DNA of 64,000 nucleotides from an uncultured Gemmatimonadales bacterium (lineage in GTDB: Bacteria; Gemmatimonadota; Gemmatimonadetes; Gemmatimonadales; Gemmatimonadaceae): the NCBI GenBank assembly GCA_963851265.1, contig CAWKNZ010000002.1, positions 1,024,001 through 1,088,000 of the forward strand. The letters run 5' to 3'. Of the stretch, positions 13,553 through 22,139 are shown piece after piece. A model generated the notes under the pieces. It ran no database searches. It worked only from the letters and a program-made list of their open reading frames with translations, and was not told the origin of the DNA. Position 1 is the first letter of the stretch. Each line of letters starts with the position of its first letter. The translations under genes were made by a program, and so were the position numbers.

Positions 13553-14064
13553 CGTCGATGCCGGTCGAACTCCGCGCGGCCCGCCACGCCGACGTCGACG
13601 CGGTTGCAGCGATCGAGCGAATCGCCTTCTCGGATCCGTGGAGCCGGAACGCGTTCGCGACGCTCGTCGCGAATCCGGCCGTCCTGTTCCTCGTCGCGCG
13701 GTCGGCCGATGGAGCCTTCGAATCGGTCGTGGGCTACATCGTCGCGTGGTTCGCCGCGGACGAATCGGAGATCGCCAACGTTGCCGTGACGCCAACGGCT
13801 CGCGGCCGCGGGGTCGGCGCGATGCTCCTCGACGCCGCTCTCGACGAGGCGGTGCGTCGCGGTGCAGCGATGACGTACCTCGAGGTTCGCGAGTCGAACA
13901 CGGCCGCGCAACGGCTTTACACCTCGCGGGGATTCACCACGCTCGGACGCCGGCGCAACTACTATCACGATCCGCTCGAAGACGCGCTCGTCCTCGGCCG
14001 CCCGACCGCCGGTGCGCTGCCGCGCGCGACCGGCGGCGGCGTCGAATCAGCCCACCGCGCGTAG
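13549..14064 (+). CDS. rimI: Ribosomal-protein-alanine N-acetyltransferase
   Basis: GNAT motifs NVAV...RGRGVG, LEVRESN, LYTSRGF and RRNYY...EDAL; follows tsaB. Confidence 0.93.
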   Translation: MTSMPVELRAARHADVDAVAAIERIAFSDPWSRNAFATLVANPAVLFLVARSADGAFESVVGYIVAWFAADESEIANVAVTPTARGRGVGAMLLDAALDEAVRRGAAMTYLEVRESNTAAQRLYTSRGFTTLGRRRNYYHDPLEDALVLGRPTAGALPRATGGGVESAHRA

Positions 14065-14188
14065 ATTCGATACGGGCGGAACAACCGACCCGTGCTAGGC
14101 TGCCCGGCGTGGCCGTACCATCACGGCCGCGGCATTCCGGGTCGCCGCACGACAACCTGGACTGGACCCTTTCGGACGGAGGATGATC

Positions 14189-14758
14189 ATGAGTCGGAGC
14201 CTGAACAAAGTCACGCTGATCGGTAACCTGGGGAGCGACCCCGAAATTCGCTCCACGCCCGGCGGCGGGCGCGTCGCGCAATTCTCGCTCGCCACGAGCC
14301 GTACCTGGAACGACCAGACCGGCGGGAAGCAGGAGAAGACCGAGTGGCACCGTTGCGTGGTGTGGAACAGCAAGGGGTCCCAGCTCGCCGACATCGTCGA
14401 GAAGTACGTGAAGAAAGGGGACAAGCTCTACCTCGAGGGTCGCATCGAGTACCGTCAATGGCAGGACAAGGACGGCCAGACGAAGTACTCGACCGAGATC
14501 AACGTCCGCGAGCTGATCCTCCTCGGCGGCGGCAAGCGTGACGGGATGGACGCCGAAATGGACGCGGGCGCATCGTCGTTCGGTGGTGGAGGTGGTGGAG
14601 GTGGTGGAGGCGGCGGGATGGGCGGTGGCGCACGCCGCAACGCGCCGCCCCCGGCGCGCGCCAAGCAACCGGCCGGCGCCAACAACGCGGGTGGGAACGA
14701 GGATTTCGAAGACTTCCCGGGCGCCCTCGCGGACGACGACGACGACCTTCCGTTCTGA
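14189..14758 (+). CDS. ssb: Single-stranded DNA-binding protein
   Basis: LNKVTLIGNLGSDPE, EKTEWHR, Gly-rich linker and acidic DDDDDLPF tail; SD GGAGG. Confidence 0.98.
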   Translation: MSRSLNKVTLIGNLGSDPEIRSTPGGGRVAQFSLATSRTWNDQTGGKQEKTEWHRCVVWNSKGSQLADIVEKYVKKGDKLYLEGRIEYRQWQDKDGQTKYSTEINVRELILLGGGKRDGMDAEMDAGASSFGGGGGGGGGGGGMGGGARRNAPPPARAKQPAGANNAGGNEDFEDFPGALADDDDDLPF

Positions 14759-14767
14759 CGGTCGCCA

Positions 14768-14815
14768 GGGGGTGACACGCGCCGGCTGCTCGGACCGGCG
14801 GCGCGTGTCACCCCC
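14768..14815. terminator. 16-bp perfect inverted repeat after ssb (putative terminator)
   Basis: GGGGGTGACACGCGCC (14768-14783) pairs with GGCGCGTGTCACCCCC (14800-14815); no U tract. Confidence 0.6.
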
Positions 14816-14980
14816 GGCCGGTATCACCCCCGGCCCGTGTCGGGCCGCGCCGCGCGGTCCCGCGCCGGCGTCGCGGCCCATATCGGCGGTCCCATGTCGG
14901 CCGGGTTCGCGTAGATTCCGCGGCCCGACCGCGCCCGGGGCCCTCCCGACGCGCGGCGATCCGCACCGATCATCGCTGCA

Positions 14981-15964
14981 ATGCTCTCACGCGCGCTCGT
15001 CACCGGTGGCGCTGGCTTCATCGGCTCCCACGTCGCCGACCTCTGCCTCTCACACGGCTGTGAGGTCACCATCGTCGACAATTTCGCGACGGGTCGCCGC
15101 GAGAACGTCCCGGCGGCCGCCACGCTCCAGGAGGCCAGCATCGGCGACCCGTCGACGCGTGCCCTCATCCGCGACGGCAACTTCGACGTCGTGTTCCACC
15201 TCGCCGCCCAGATCGACGTCCGCAAGAGCGTGACCGATCCGGTGTTCGACGCGACGCAGAACGTCCTCGGTTCGCTCAACGTGCTCGAGGGCGTGCGCGA
15301 GGCGAAGGTGAACCACGGGCGCGCACCGCGCGTCGTCTTCGCGAGTACGGGCGGCGCGCTGTACGGCGACTTCGTGCAGCCGCCCAACGTCGAGACGTAC
15401 CCGAAGGACCCGGAGTCGCCGTACGGCATCGCGAAGCTCAGCGTCGAGCTCTACATGGGATACTACGCGCGCCAGCAGGGCCTGGAGTGCGCGACGCTCC
15501 GGTACGCCAACGTCTACGGTCCGCGCCAGGATCCGCACGGCGAGGCGGGCGTCGTCGCGATCTTCTGCGACCGGATTCTCGACGCTCGGGCGATGACGAC
15601 GTTCGGCGACGGGACACAGACGCGCGACTACGTGTTCGTGAAGGACGTCGCGCGCGCCAACTGGCGGGCGGCGACGACTGCACTCCCGCCGGTCGGGACG
15701 GTCGACGCCCGGGCGTTCAACATCGGCACGGGCATCGAGACGTCGGTGAACGACCTCGCCGAAGCGCTGCGCCACGTCGCCGGAGCGAGCACGCCGATCG
15801 AGCGCGCGCCCGCGCGCGCAGGCGAGCTCCAGCGAAGCGCGGTCGTGATCGACAAGGCGCGCGACGTCCTCGGGTGGACGCCGCAGGTCGCCCTGCACGA
15901 CGGGCTCCGCGAAACGTTCGAGTTCTTCGCCGCGCGCCGCGGAGCCGCGCCGGCGGCCGCCTAA
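14981..15964 (+). CDS. NAD-dependent epimerase/dehydratase (UDP-glucose 4-epimerase-like)
   Basis: TGGAGFIG, HLAAQ, ASTGGALYG, YGIAK, RYANVYGPRQ and GTQTRDYVFV. Confidence 0.93.
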   Translation: MLSRALVTGGAGFIGSHVADLCLSHGCEVTIVDNFATGRRENVPAAATLQEASIGDPSTRALIRDGNFDVVFHLAAQIDVRKSVTDPVFDATQNVLGSLNVLEGVREAKVNHGRAPRVVFASTGGALYGDFVQPPNVETYPKDPESPYGIAKLSVELYMGYYARQQGLECATLRYANVYGPRQDPHGEAGVVAIFCDRILDARAMTTFGDGTQTRDYVFVKDVARANWRAATTALPPVGTVDARAFNIGTGIETSVNDLAEALRHVAGASTPIERAPARAGELQRSAVVIDKARDVLGWTPQVALHDGLRETFEFFAARRGAAPAAA

Positions 15965-15974
15965 CGCGACACGC

Positions 15975-16658
15975 ATGTCCGGTAGTGTGGTCGACCTCGT
16001 GCTGGCCGGTTCGCCGGCCACGCGCGCGGTGCTCGTGCTCCTGCTGGTTCTCTCGCTGCTCAGTTGGGGCGTGACGTTCGCTAAGACGGTCGAGTTTCGT
16101 CGCGTCGAGGCGGCGGGGCGCGCGTTCGTCCGCTCGGTCGAGGCGTCGGCCACGCTCGCCGGGGCCGAGGACGCCGCCGCTCGCGCCACCCCGACGCCGT
16201 TCACGGACGTGTTCCGCCGCGCGCGACGGTTCCTCGCCGAAACGCGCCCTGCGCTCGGCGGCACCGCCGACCGCGCGCCGCGTCTCAGCCAGTCGCAGGT
16301 CGAAGCGCTCCGCCTCGTCCTCGACGCCGAAGCCGACCTCGGCCGCGACCGACTCGGCAGGTTCGTGGGCTGGCTCGCCACGATCGGCTCCGTGAGTCCG
16401 CTGATCGGGCTGTTCGGCACCGTGCTGGGCGTCATCTCCGCGTTCGCCGGGATCGCCCGTCAGGGCTCGGGCAACCTCGCGGCGGTGGCGCCCGGCGTCG
16501 CCGAGGCGCTCGTTGCGACGGCGGCGGCGCTCGCCGTCGCGATTCCCGCGGTCTTCGCGTACAACGTCTTCGCGACCCGGCTCAACCGCGTTGCGGGCGA
16601 ACTCGATGGGTTCGGTTCCGAACTCGTCGCGCTCCTCGTACGCGAGGAACGAATTTGA
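15975..16658 (+). CDS. tolQ: TolQ (MotA/TolQ/ExbB proton channel family)
   Basis: LATIGSVSPLIGLFGTVLG and VAPGVAEALVATA; first gene of a tol-pal cluster. Confidence 0.9.
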   Translation: MSGSVVDLVLAGSPATRAVLVLLLVLSLLSWGVTFAKTVEFRRVEAAGRAFVRSVEASATLAGAEDAAARATPTPFTDVFRRARRFLAETRPALGGTADRAPRLSQSQVEALRLVLDAEADLGRDRLGRFVGWLATIGSVSPLIGLFGTVLGVISAFAGIARQGSGNLAAVAPGVAEALVATAAALAVAIPAVFAYNVFATRLNRVAGELDGFGSELVALLVREERI

Positions 16659-16712
16659 CGCGCCCCCCGCCGCAGCCGGTAGCACGGCCCGGCCGGGCGA
16701 TGCAGCCCTGAC

Positions 16713-17123
16713 GTGGCGACGCGACGCCGGCGCGAACGCGCCTCGCTGAACGCAGACATCAACGTCGTCAGCCTGATCGACGTGATGATGTTGCTGATGA
16801 TCATCTTCATGCTCACGGCGCCCATGATGCAGGGCGGCGTCGACGTCGCGCTCCCGCGCGCGGAGGCGCGCCCGCTCACGACGCGCTCGGGCGTCACGGT
16901 CACGCTCGCGCGCGACGGTCAGGCGTACGTGGACGAGGCGCCGGTCGCCGCCGAGCGACTCGCGGCGGTCCTGGGGACGCGCGCGGATGCGCGCGCGGGC
17001 GGCGTATTCCTCCGCGCCGACAGCGGCGTCGCGTACGGCGCGGTGGTGCGTGTCCTGGCCGGCCTCCGCGCGGCCGGACTCGAAAACGTCGGACTCGTCG
17101 CCACCACCGACGCGGCGCCGTGA
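16713..17123 (+). CDS. tolR: TolR (ExbD/TolR family)
   Basis: INVVSLIDVMMLLMIIFMLTAP, VFLRAD and YGAVV motifs. Confidence 0.9.
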   Translation: MATRRRRERASLNADINVVSLIDVMMLLMIIFMLTAPMMQGGVDVALPRAEARPLTTRSGVTVTLARDGQAYVDEAPVAAERLAAVLGTRADARAGGVFLRADSGVAYGAVVRVLAGLRAAGLENVGLVATTDAAP

Positions 17124-18325
17124 ACACGGCGACTCTCGCCAGCGCCGACGCGCCGGCATATCGCGCGCGCATCGCGCGCGGCATTTCGGTTTCCGGCGTC
17201 GCGCACGCGTGCGTCATCGTGGGCGCGGTCCTCGTTGCGCGCGCGCATCCGGCACGCACGGTCCCACCCGTCTACCGGGTGTCGCTAGTCGCCGCACCGG
17301 CGGGGGGCCGCGGCGCCCGAATCGCAACGGGCGCGACCGCACCCGCACGAGACGTCACCGCGCGGAACTCCGGGACGGCGATCGCGGCGCCCACGGCGCC
17401 CGACCTGGCGGGAGCGCGGCCGAAGGCGGCGACCGCGACGCCGCACTCGCTCATCGCGGAGCCGAAGGCCGCGGTGCGGCCGAGTACACCGCACCCTGGA
17501 ACGCATCCGACGTCGGCCGCGCACCCGCTCGGGGCGGCTCCGCACGTGCCGGCGCCGTCGCTCGCGCCGTCGCACGGAGCTCGTACACCGGCTCCGAACT
17601 TGGCGGCGTCGCACGCGTCCTCGGCGCGCATCGCTCCGTCGCGCGCGCCGGCAACGCCCGAACGACCTGCTCCGGCGCCCACCGCGCCCCCTCGGTACGT
17701 GGCCGCGACTCCGCGCGCGACGCACGCGGCGCCGTCACTGCCGCACACGAGCCCTGCGCCGTCGATTAAGCCCGCGTCGCGACCGAGCGCGTCGACTGCA
17801 TCGAGCGCGTCGACCTCGCGCGACGCGTCGACTCGTACGCGACGGGCTGTCGCGAGTTCGGCAACGTCGGAGACGCCCGAGGAGAACTCCGGATCGCGCG
17901 GGGCCACGTCGTCCCGCGCGGCACCCGCGCCGCAGACCGCGGCCCACCCCGCGGGCTCCGGCACCGAACATGGGGCGGGTACGGCAGCGGCCCGCGGACA
18001 CGACGTCGCCGACGCCCGCGTCGTCGGACTCGAGTTTCCGTATCCGGGGTACCTCGCGAACCTCGTGCGGCAGGTGCGGCTTCGCTTCGCGCCGTCGGAG
18101 GCGCGTGCCGGACTTCACGCCGACCTCGCTTTCATCGTCGCCCGCGACGGGTCGATCACTGACATCCGCGTCGTGCGAAGCTCGGGCAACTACGCGTTCG
18201 ACCTCGAAGCGCAGGGCGCCGTCGAGGCCGCGGGGTCCGCGCGCGCCTTCGGTCCGCTCCCCGACGCGTTCCGACCGTCCTCGCTTCCCGTGAATTTCAG
18301 CTTCGATCCGCGCACCGCCCCGTGA
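17120..18325 (+). CDS. TolA/TonB-like protein (N-terminal TM, long Pro/Ala linker, TonB C-terminal domain)
   Basis: SGVAH transmembrane motif; C-terminal FIVARDGSI...SSGNYAFD...FGPLP; position between tolR and tolB. Confidence 0.8.
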   Translation: MNTATLASADAPAYRARIARGISVSGVAHACVIVGAVLVARAHPARTVPPVYRVSLVAAPAGGRGARIATGATAPARDVTARNSGTAIAAPTAPDLAGARPKAATATPHSLIAEPKAAVRPSTPHPGTHPTSAAHPLGAAPHVPAPSLAPSHGARTPAPNLAASHASSARIAPSRAPATPERPAPAPTAPPRYVAATPRATHAAPSLPHTSPAPSIKPASRPSASTASSASTSRDASTRTRRAVASSATSETPEENSGSRGATSSRAAPAPQTAAHPAGSGTEHGAGTAAARGHDVADARVVGLEFPYPGYLANLVRQVRLRFAPSEARAGLHADLAFIVARDGSITDIRVVRSSGNYAFDLEAQGAVEAAGSARAFGPLPDAFRPSSLPVNFSFDPRTAP

Positions 18326-19647
18326 CGTCCGACGTTCCCTCGATCGCGCGCCGCGGCCGGCGCTACGCCCGCGCACTCGGGGCGTCGGTCTCGCTGTGCG
18401 CCGCCTTCCGCGCAGCCGCACAGGACACCACGACCACGCCCGCGGGCGTGAGTGTGCGCCTCGCGTACGACGCGCGGACGCGCCCCACCATTCTCGTCCC
18501 TCGTGTCGCCGGCCCCGGCGGCGACTCGCTCACCGCGATGCTGCGTCGTGACCTGACGTACGGCGGTCGTGTGGTCGTCGCACCGTCGGCTGCCGCGGAC
18601 GCGGGCGGCGGCGTGGCAAATGTGGACTACGCAGCGGCGGCCCGCGCCGGCGCAGCGGGGATAGTTCGGGCGACCGTCGCCGGCAACCTGCTCCACCTCG
18701 TCCTGGCCGACGTGAGCGCCGGTCGCGTCACCGCGACGCGCGACGTCACGCTTCCCGCGAACACGCTCGGTCCAGAGTGGCGACTCGCGGTCCACTCGGC
18801 GGCGGACGAAGCGGAGCGTTGGGCGACGGGCGTGCGCGGGATCGCCGCGACTCGCGTGCTGTTCGTGCGGGCCGGGCGGGTGTGGAGCGTCGACGCCGAC
18901 GGCGAAAACGTCCGCCCGCTCACCCCGTCGGGCGCGCTTTCGCCCGCCTGGGTGCCGTCGGGGCGCGGCATCGTCCACGGCACGCTCGACGCTGACGGGG
19001 CGCAGCGAATCGTCGCGCGCGCGTACGACGGCGCGACCGCCGGCCCGCCACGCACGATCGCGTCCGGCGGCGTGCTGAATCTCACGCCGGCCGTGTCGCC
19101 GGACGGCGCGACTGTCGCGTACGCGCACGGCGAGGAGGACGGTACCGACCTATACGTGGTCGGCATCGACGGCGGCGGCGCGCGTCGCATCACCGTCGGG
19201 CGCGGGACGGACAACGTGTCGCCCGCGTACTCGCCCGACGGGCGGCGCATCGTGTTCACGTCAGGCCGTTCCGGACACCCCGAGGTGTATATTGCCGACG
19301 CGGACGGGACGAATGCGGAGCTGCTCACCGACTTCGATTTCTCGCCCCGGAACTACCGCTCCAACCCGAGTTGGTCGCCCGACGGCCGCCTCGTCGCGTT
19401 CCAGTCGCTGATCGGCGGCCGTTTCCAGCTCTGCACGATCGAGGTGCGTGGGCGATCGGCGCGCTGTCTCTCGACCGCGGATCGCACCGAGGATCCGTCG
19501 TGGGCGCCCGATTCCCGCCACCTCGTCGCGACCGTCAGTCAGGGCGCGCCGCGTCTCGTCGTGCTCGACGTTGAGACCGGTCAGTCACGTACGCTCGTCG
19601 GCGGGCGCGCGCCTCGCATGCCCGCGTGGTCGCCGCCCCTGCGCTGA
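18322..19647 (+). CDS. tolB: TolB beta-propeller protein
   Basis: Repeated PD40 motifs (SPAWVPSG, PAVSPDG, SPAYSPDG, PSWSPDG, PSWAPDS); signal peptide. Confidence 0.9.
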   Translation: MTSDVPSIARRGRRYARALGASVSLCAAFRAAAQDTTTTPAGVSVRLAYDARTRPTILVPRVAGPGGDSLTAMLRRDLTYGGRVVVAPSAAADAGGGVANVDYAAAARAGAAGIVRATVAGNLLHLVLADVSAGRVTATRDVTLPANTLGPEWRLAVHSAADEAERWATGVRGIAATRVLFVRAGRVWSVDADGENVRPLTPSGALSPAWVPSGRGIVHGTLDADGAQRIVARAYDGATAGPPRTIASGGVLNLTPAVSPDGATVAYAHGEEDGTDLYVVGIDGGGARRITVGRGTDNVSPAYSPDGRRIVFTSGRSGHPEVYIADADGTNAELLTDFDFSPRNYRSNPSWSPDGRLVAFQSLIGGRFQLCTIEVRGRSARCLSTADRTEDPSWAPDSRHLVATVSQGAPRLVVLDVETGQSRTLVGGRAPRMPAWSPPLR

Positions 19648-19699
19648 GCGCGCTACGCACCCTGTTCCGGCGCGGACGCGCCAGCCTTTTCCCGCCTGC

Positions 19700-20341
19700 A
19701 TGACGACGTTCACCCCGCGGCCTCGCGTCGCGCTGTTCACCGTACTCGCCCTCGTCAGTGCAGGGGCGTGTCATCATGCCAAGCCGACAGCCGGCGCGCC
19801 GAGTCCCACGCCGGACGGCCCATCGGCGGCGCAACTCGACAGCATCGCCCGGGCGCGGGCGCGCGACTCGCTCGACGCCGCGCAGCGCGCGCGCGCCGCG
19901 CGAGACTCGGCCGCGGAAGCGCGCCGCCGCGCCAGCGCGCGGCAGGGTGCGGTCGACAGCGCCGTCGCGTCGAGGCGCTCGGTGCTGCTCGCGCCCGTGT
20001 ATTTCGATTACGACCAGTCGGAGCTGCGCGACGACACGCGGGCAGCGCTCGAGGCGAAGCTCGCCATCCTCTCGCAGATCCCCGACCTCCGCGTGCGCGT
20101 GGCGGGGCACACGGACGACCGCGGCGCGGACGAGTACAACCTTGCGTTAGGCGGACGGCGCGCGGCCGCCGTGAAGCGGTTCTTCGCCGAGCGCGGCATC
20201 GGCCCGGAGCGGATCACCGTCGTGAGCTTCGGGAAGGAGCGTCCGACCTGCGAGACGGACGACGAGTCGTGTTGGGGCCGGAACCGGCGCGCGGAATTTT
20301 CGGTCGTGCGCGGCGGCGCGACGTTGGGCACCGAGCAATGA
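19700..20341 (+). CDS. pal: Peptidoglycan-associated lipoprotein (OmpA domain)
   Basis: Lipobox AGAC, VYFDYDQS, GHTDDRG, YNLALGGRRA, SFGKERP and NRRAEF. Confidence 0.93.
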   Translation: MTTFTPRPRVALFTVLALVSAGACHHAKPTAGAPSPTPDGPSAAQLDSIARARARDSLDAAQRARAARDSAAEARRRASARQGAVDSAVASRRSVLLAPVYFDYDQSELRDDTRAALEAKLAILSQIPDLRVRVAGHTDDRGADEYNLALGGRRAAAVKRFFAERGIGPERITVVSFGKERPTCETDDESCWGRNRRAEFSVVRGGATLGTEQ

Positions 20342-21222
20342 TCGGACGCGCCCGCCTGACCCGCATCGGACGCGGCGCGCGGGCGTGCGTCGTGCTCGCC
20401 GCCGCGGCGGCCGGACCGACAGGCTGCCTGGCCACGCGCAACGACGTACAGGCGCTGCAACTCGACCTGGCCAACGCGCGACGAGACGCGTCGCGTGCGG
20501 ACTCGACACGCGCGGCGTCGCTCGATGCGCGGATCGCGGCACTCGACGGCGCCCTCCGCGCCCTTTCCGACACCGTCGCCGGGGCGGGGCAGCGCGCGGC
20601 CCGCTTCGAAGGCGACGCGCGCGAGCAACTCCGCGCCGTCCGCGAGCAGCTCATCCAGGTGCAGGAGCTCACGGGCCAGAGCCAGCGGCGCCTGCAGGAC
20701 TTGCGCGCGTCTCTCGACGCGCGCGCCGATGCGGGCACCCCTGCGGCCGCCGCGCCCACCGCGCCCGCGCCGGCGCCGCGCCCCGCCGCGGCGCCCGATA
20801 GCGACGCTCCGCGGCCGCGCACCGGGCCGAGCGCGGCGGAGCTGTACCGGATCGCCTCCGATCAGCTGCGACGCGGTAGCTACGGCGCCGCACGCACCGC
20901 GTACACCGACCTGCTCCGCCGGTACCCCGACTCCGATCTCGCCGCCGACGCGCAGTACGCGCTCGCGGAAGCGTACGCGGGAGAGCGCAATTCCGCCGTC
21001 GCCGATTCGGCGTACGCCGCGGTGGTCGCGCGCTACCCCGAGTCCCACCGCGCGGCGACCGCGCTGTACAAGCGCGCGCGCATGCGGCACGAGGCCGGGC
21101 GCAAGGCCGACGCGCGCGCGCTGTACGACGAGTTGCTGCGTCGCTACCCACGCGCGGACGAGGCGACGCTCGCGCGCGACGCGCTGCGCTCACTCGGCAC
21201 GACGACGCGGAGAGGCCCGTGA
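20338..21222 (+). CDS. cpoB: CpoB/YbgF coiled-coil and TPR lipoprotein
   Basis: Lipobox-like PTGC, coiled coil, C-terminal TPRs with RYP turns; directly follows pal. Confidence 0.82.
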   Translation: MIGRARLTRIGRGARACVVLAAAAAGPTGCLATRNDVQALQLDLANARRDASRADSTRAASLDARIAALDGALRALSDTVAGAGQRAARFEGDAREQLRAVREQLIQVQELTGQSQRRLQDLRASLDARADAGTPAAAAPTAPAPAPRPAAAPDSDAPRPRTGPSAAELYRIASDQLRRGSYGAARTAYTDLLRRYPDSDLAADAQYALAEAYAGERNSAVADSAYAAVVARYPESHRAATALYKRARMRHEAGRKADARALYDELLRRYPRADEATLARDALRSLGTTTRRGP

Positions 21223-22139
21223 CCGCTCCGGCCCCTCGCCGCGGCACTTCCGACGAGATGCCGTTCCTCGAACACCTCGAGGAACTGCGGTGGCGCCTCG
21301 TCTGGTCCCTCGGCGCGCTCGGGGCCGGATTCCTCGTCGCGTTCGCGGTCGTGTCGAAGGTCGACATCATCCGCATGCTCGAGCGTCCGGTGCTGCCGTA
21401 CCTGCACGGGCACAAGCTCGTCTACACGCATCCGGGCGACCCATTCACGATCGTTCTGAACGCGGCCCTCGTGCTCGGCGTGCTCATCGCGTCGCCGATC
21501 ATCGCGTACCAGGTGTGGGCGTTCATCTCGCCCGCGCTGCACCGCCACGAGAAGCGCATCGTCATCCCGGTCATGGTCGGCGCGGCCGGGCTGTTCGCCG
21601 CGGGCGTCGCGTTGGCGTTCTTCGCGGTGCTGCCGTTCACGCTCGGCTTCCTACTCAACTTCCAGACGGCATCGCTCGACCCGATGCTGACGGCCAACGA
21701 GTACTTCGGGTTCGCCATCAACCTGGCCCTCGCGTTCGGCGTCGTCTTCGAGCTGCCGATCCTGATCCTCGCCCTGACCGCGCTGGGGATCGTGACACCG
21801 CCGACGCTCAAGCGGTTCCGGCGGCATTCGCTGGTGCTCTGCGTCATCGGCGCGGCGTTCGTCACGCCCGGCGCGGACCCGACGTCGCTTTTCGCGCTCG
21901 CGATCCCGCTGTACCTGCTGTACGAGGTGAGCATCCTCCTCTCGATCGTCGTCTTCCGCCGCCGCGAACGCCGCGCGGCCGCCGCGGCGCAGGCCGAGGT
22001 GTCGGCGTCGGGGCAGGCGGACGCTCTGGTGTCCACTCTGGGGCCCGGGTCGTCCGAGTCGGTGGGGGCGCCGCGCTCGCTCGTGGCCGCCGCGCCCGCC
22101 GCCGCGAGCCCGACCCGACTGGACCAAGACGGACTGTGA
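21219..22139 (+). CDS. tatC: Twin-arginine translocase subunit TatC
   Basis: MPFLEHLEELRWRL, YQVWAFISPAL, FGVVFELP, VTPGADP and LLYEVSI. Confidence 0.96.
   Translation: MTAPAPRRGTSDEMPFLEHLEELRWRLVWSLGALGAGFLVAFAVVSKVDIIRMLERPVLPYLHGHKLVYTHPGDPFTIVLNAALVLGVLIASPIIAYQVWAFISPALHRHEKRIVIPVMVGAAGLFAAGVALAFFAVLPFTLGFLLNFQTASLDPMLTANEYFGFAINLALAFGVVFELPILILALTALGIVTPPTLKRFRRHSLVLCVIGAAFVTPGADPTSLFALAIPLYLLYEVSILLSIVVFRRRERRAAAAAQAEVSASGQADALVSTLGPGSSESVGAPRSLVAAAPAAASPTRLDQDGL

Noticed and set aside
14582..14616. GGTGGTGGA repeats in ssb
   Set aside because: Ordinary poly-Gly linker of SSB.
15959..16100. GCCTAAC at the epimerase stop as an integron attC inverse core
   Set aside because: There is no matching GTTRRRY or hairpin within the usual distance, tolQ starts 10 nt later, and the window has no integrase or cassette array.
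20495..22135. N-terminal ~550 aa of the 1649-aa ORF as part of a giant protein
   Set aside because: It overlaps cpoB and tatC in another frame; LptD-like sequence starts only at about 22136.
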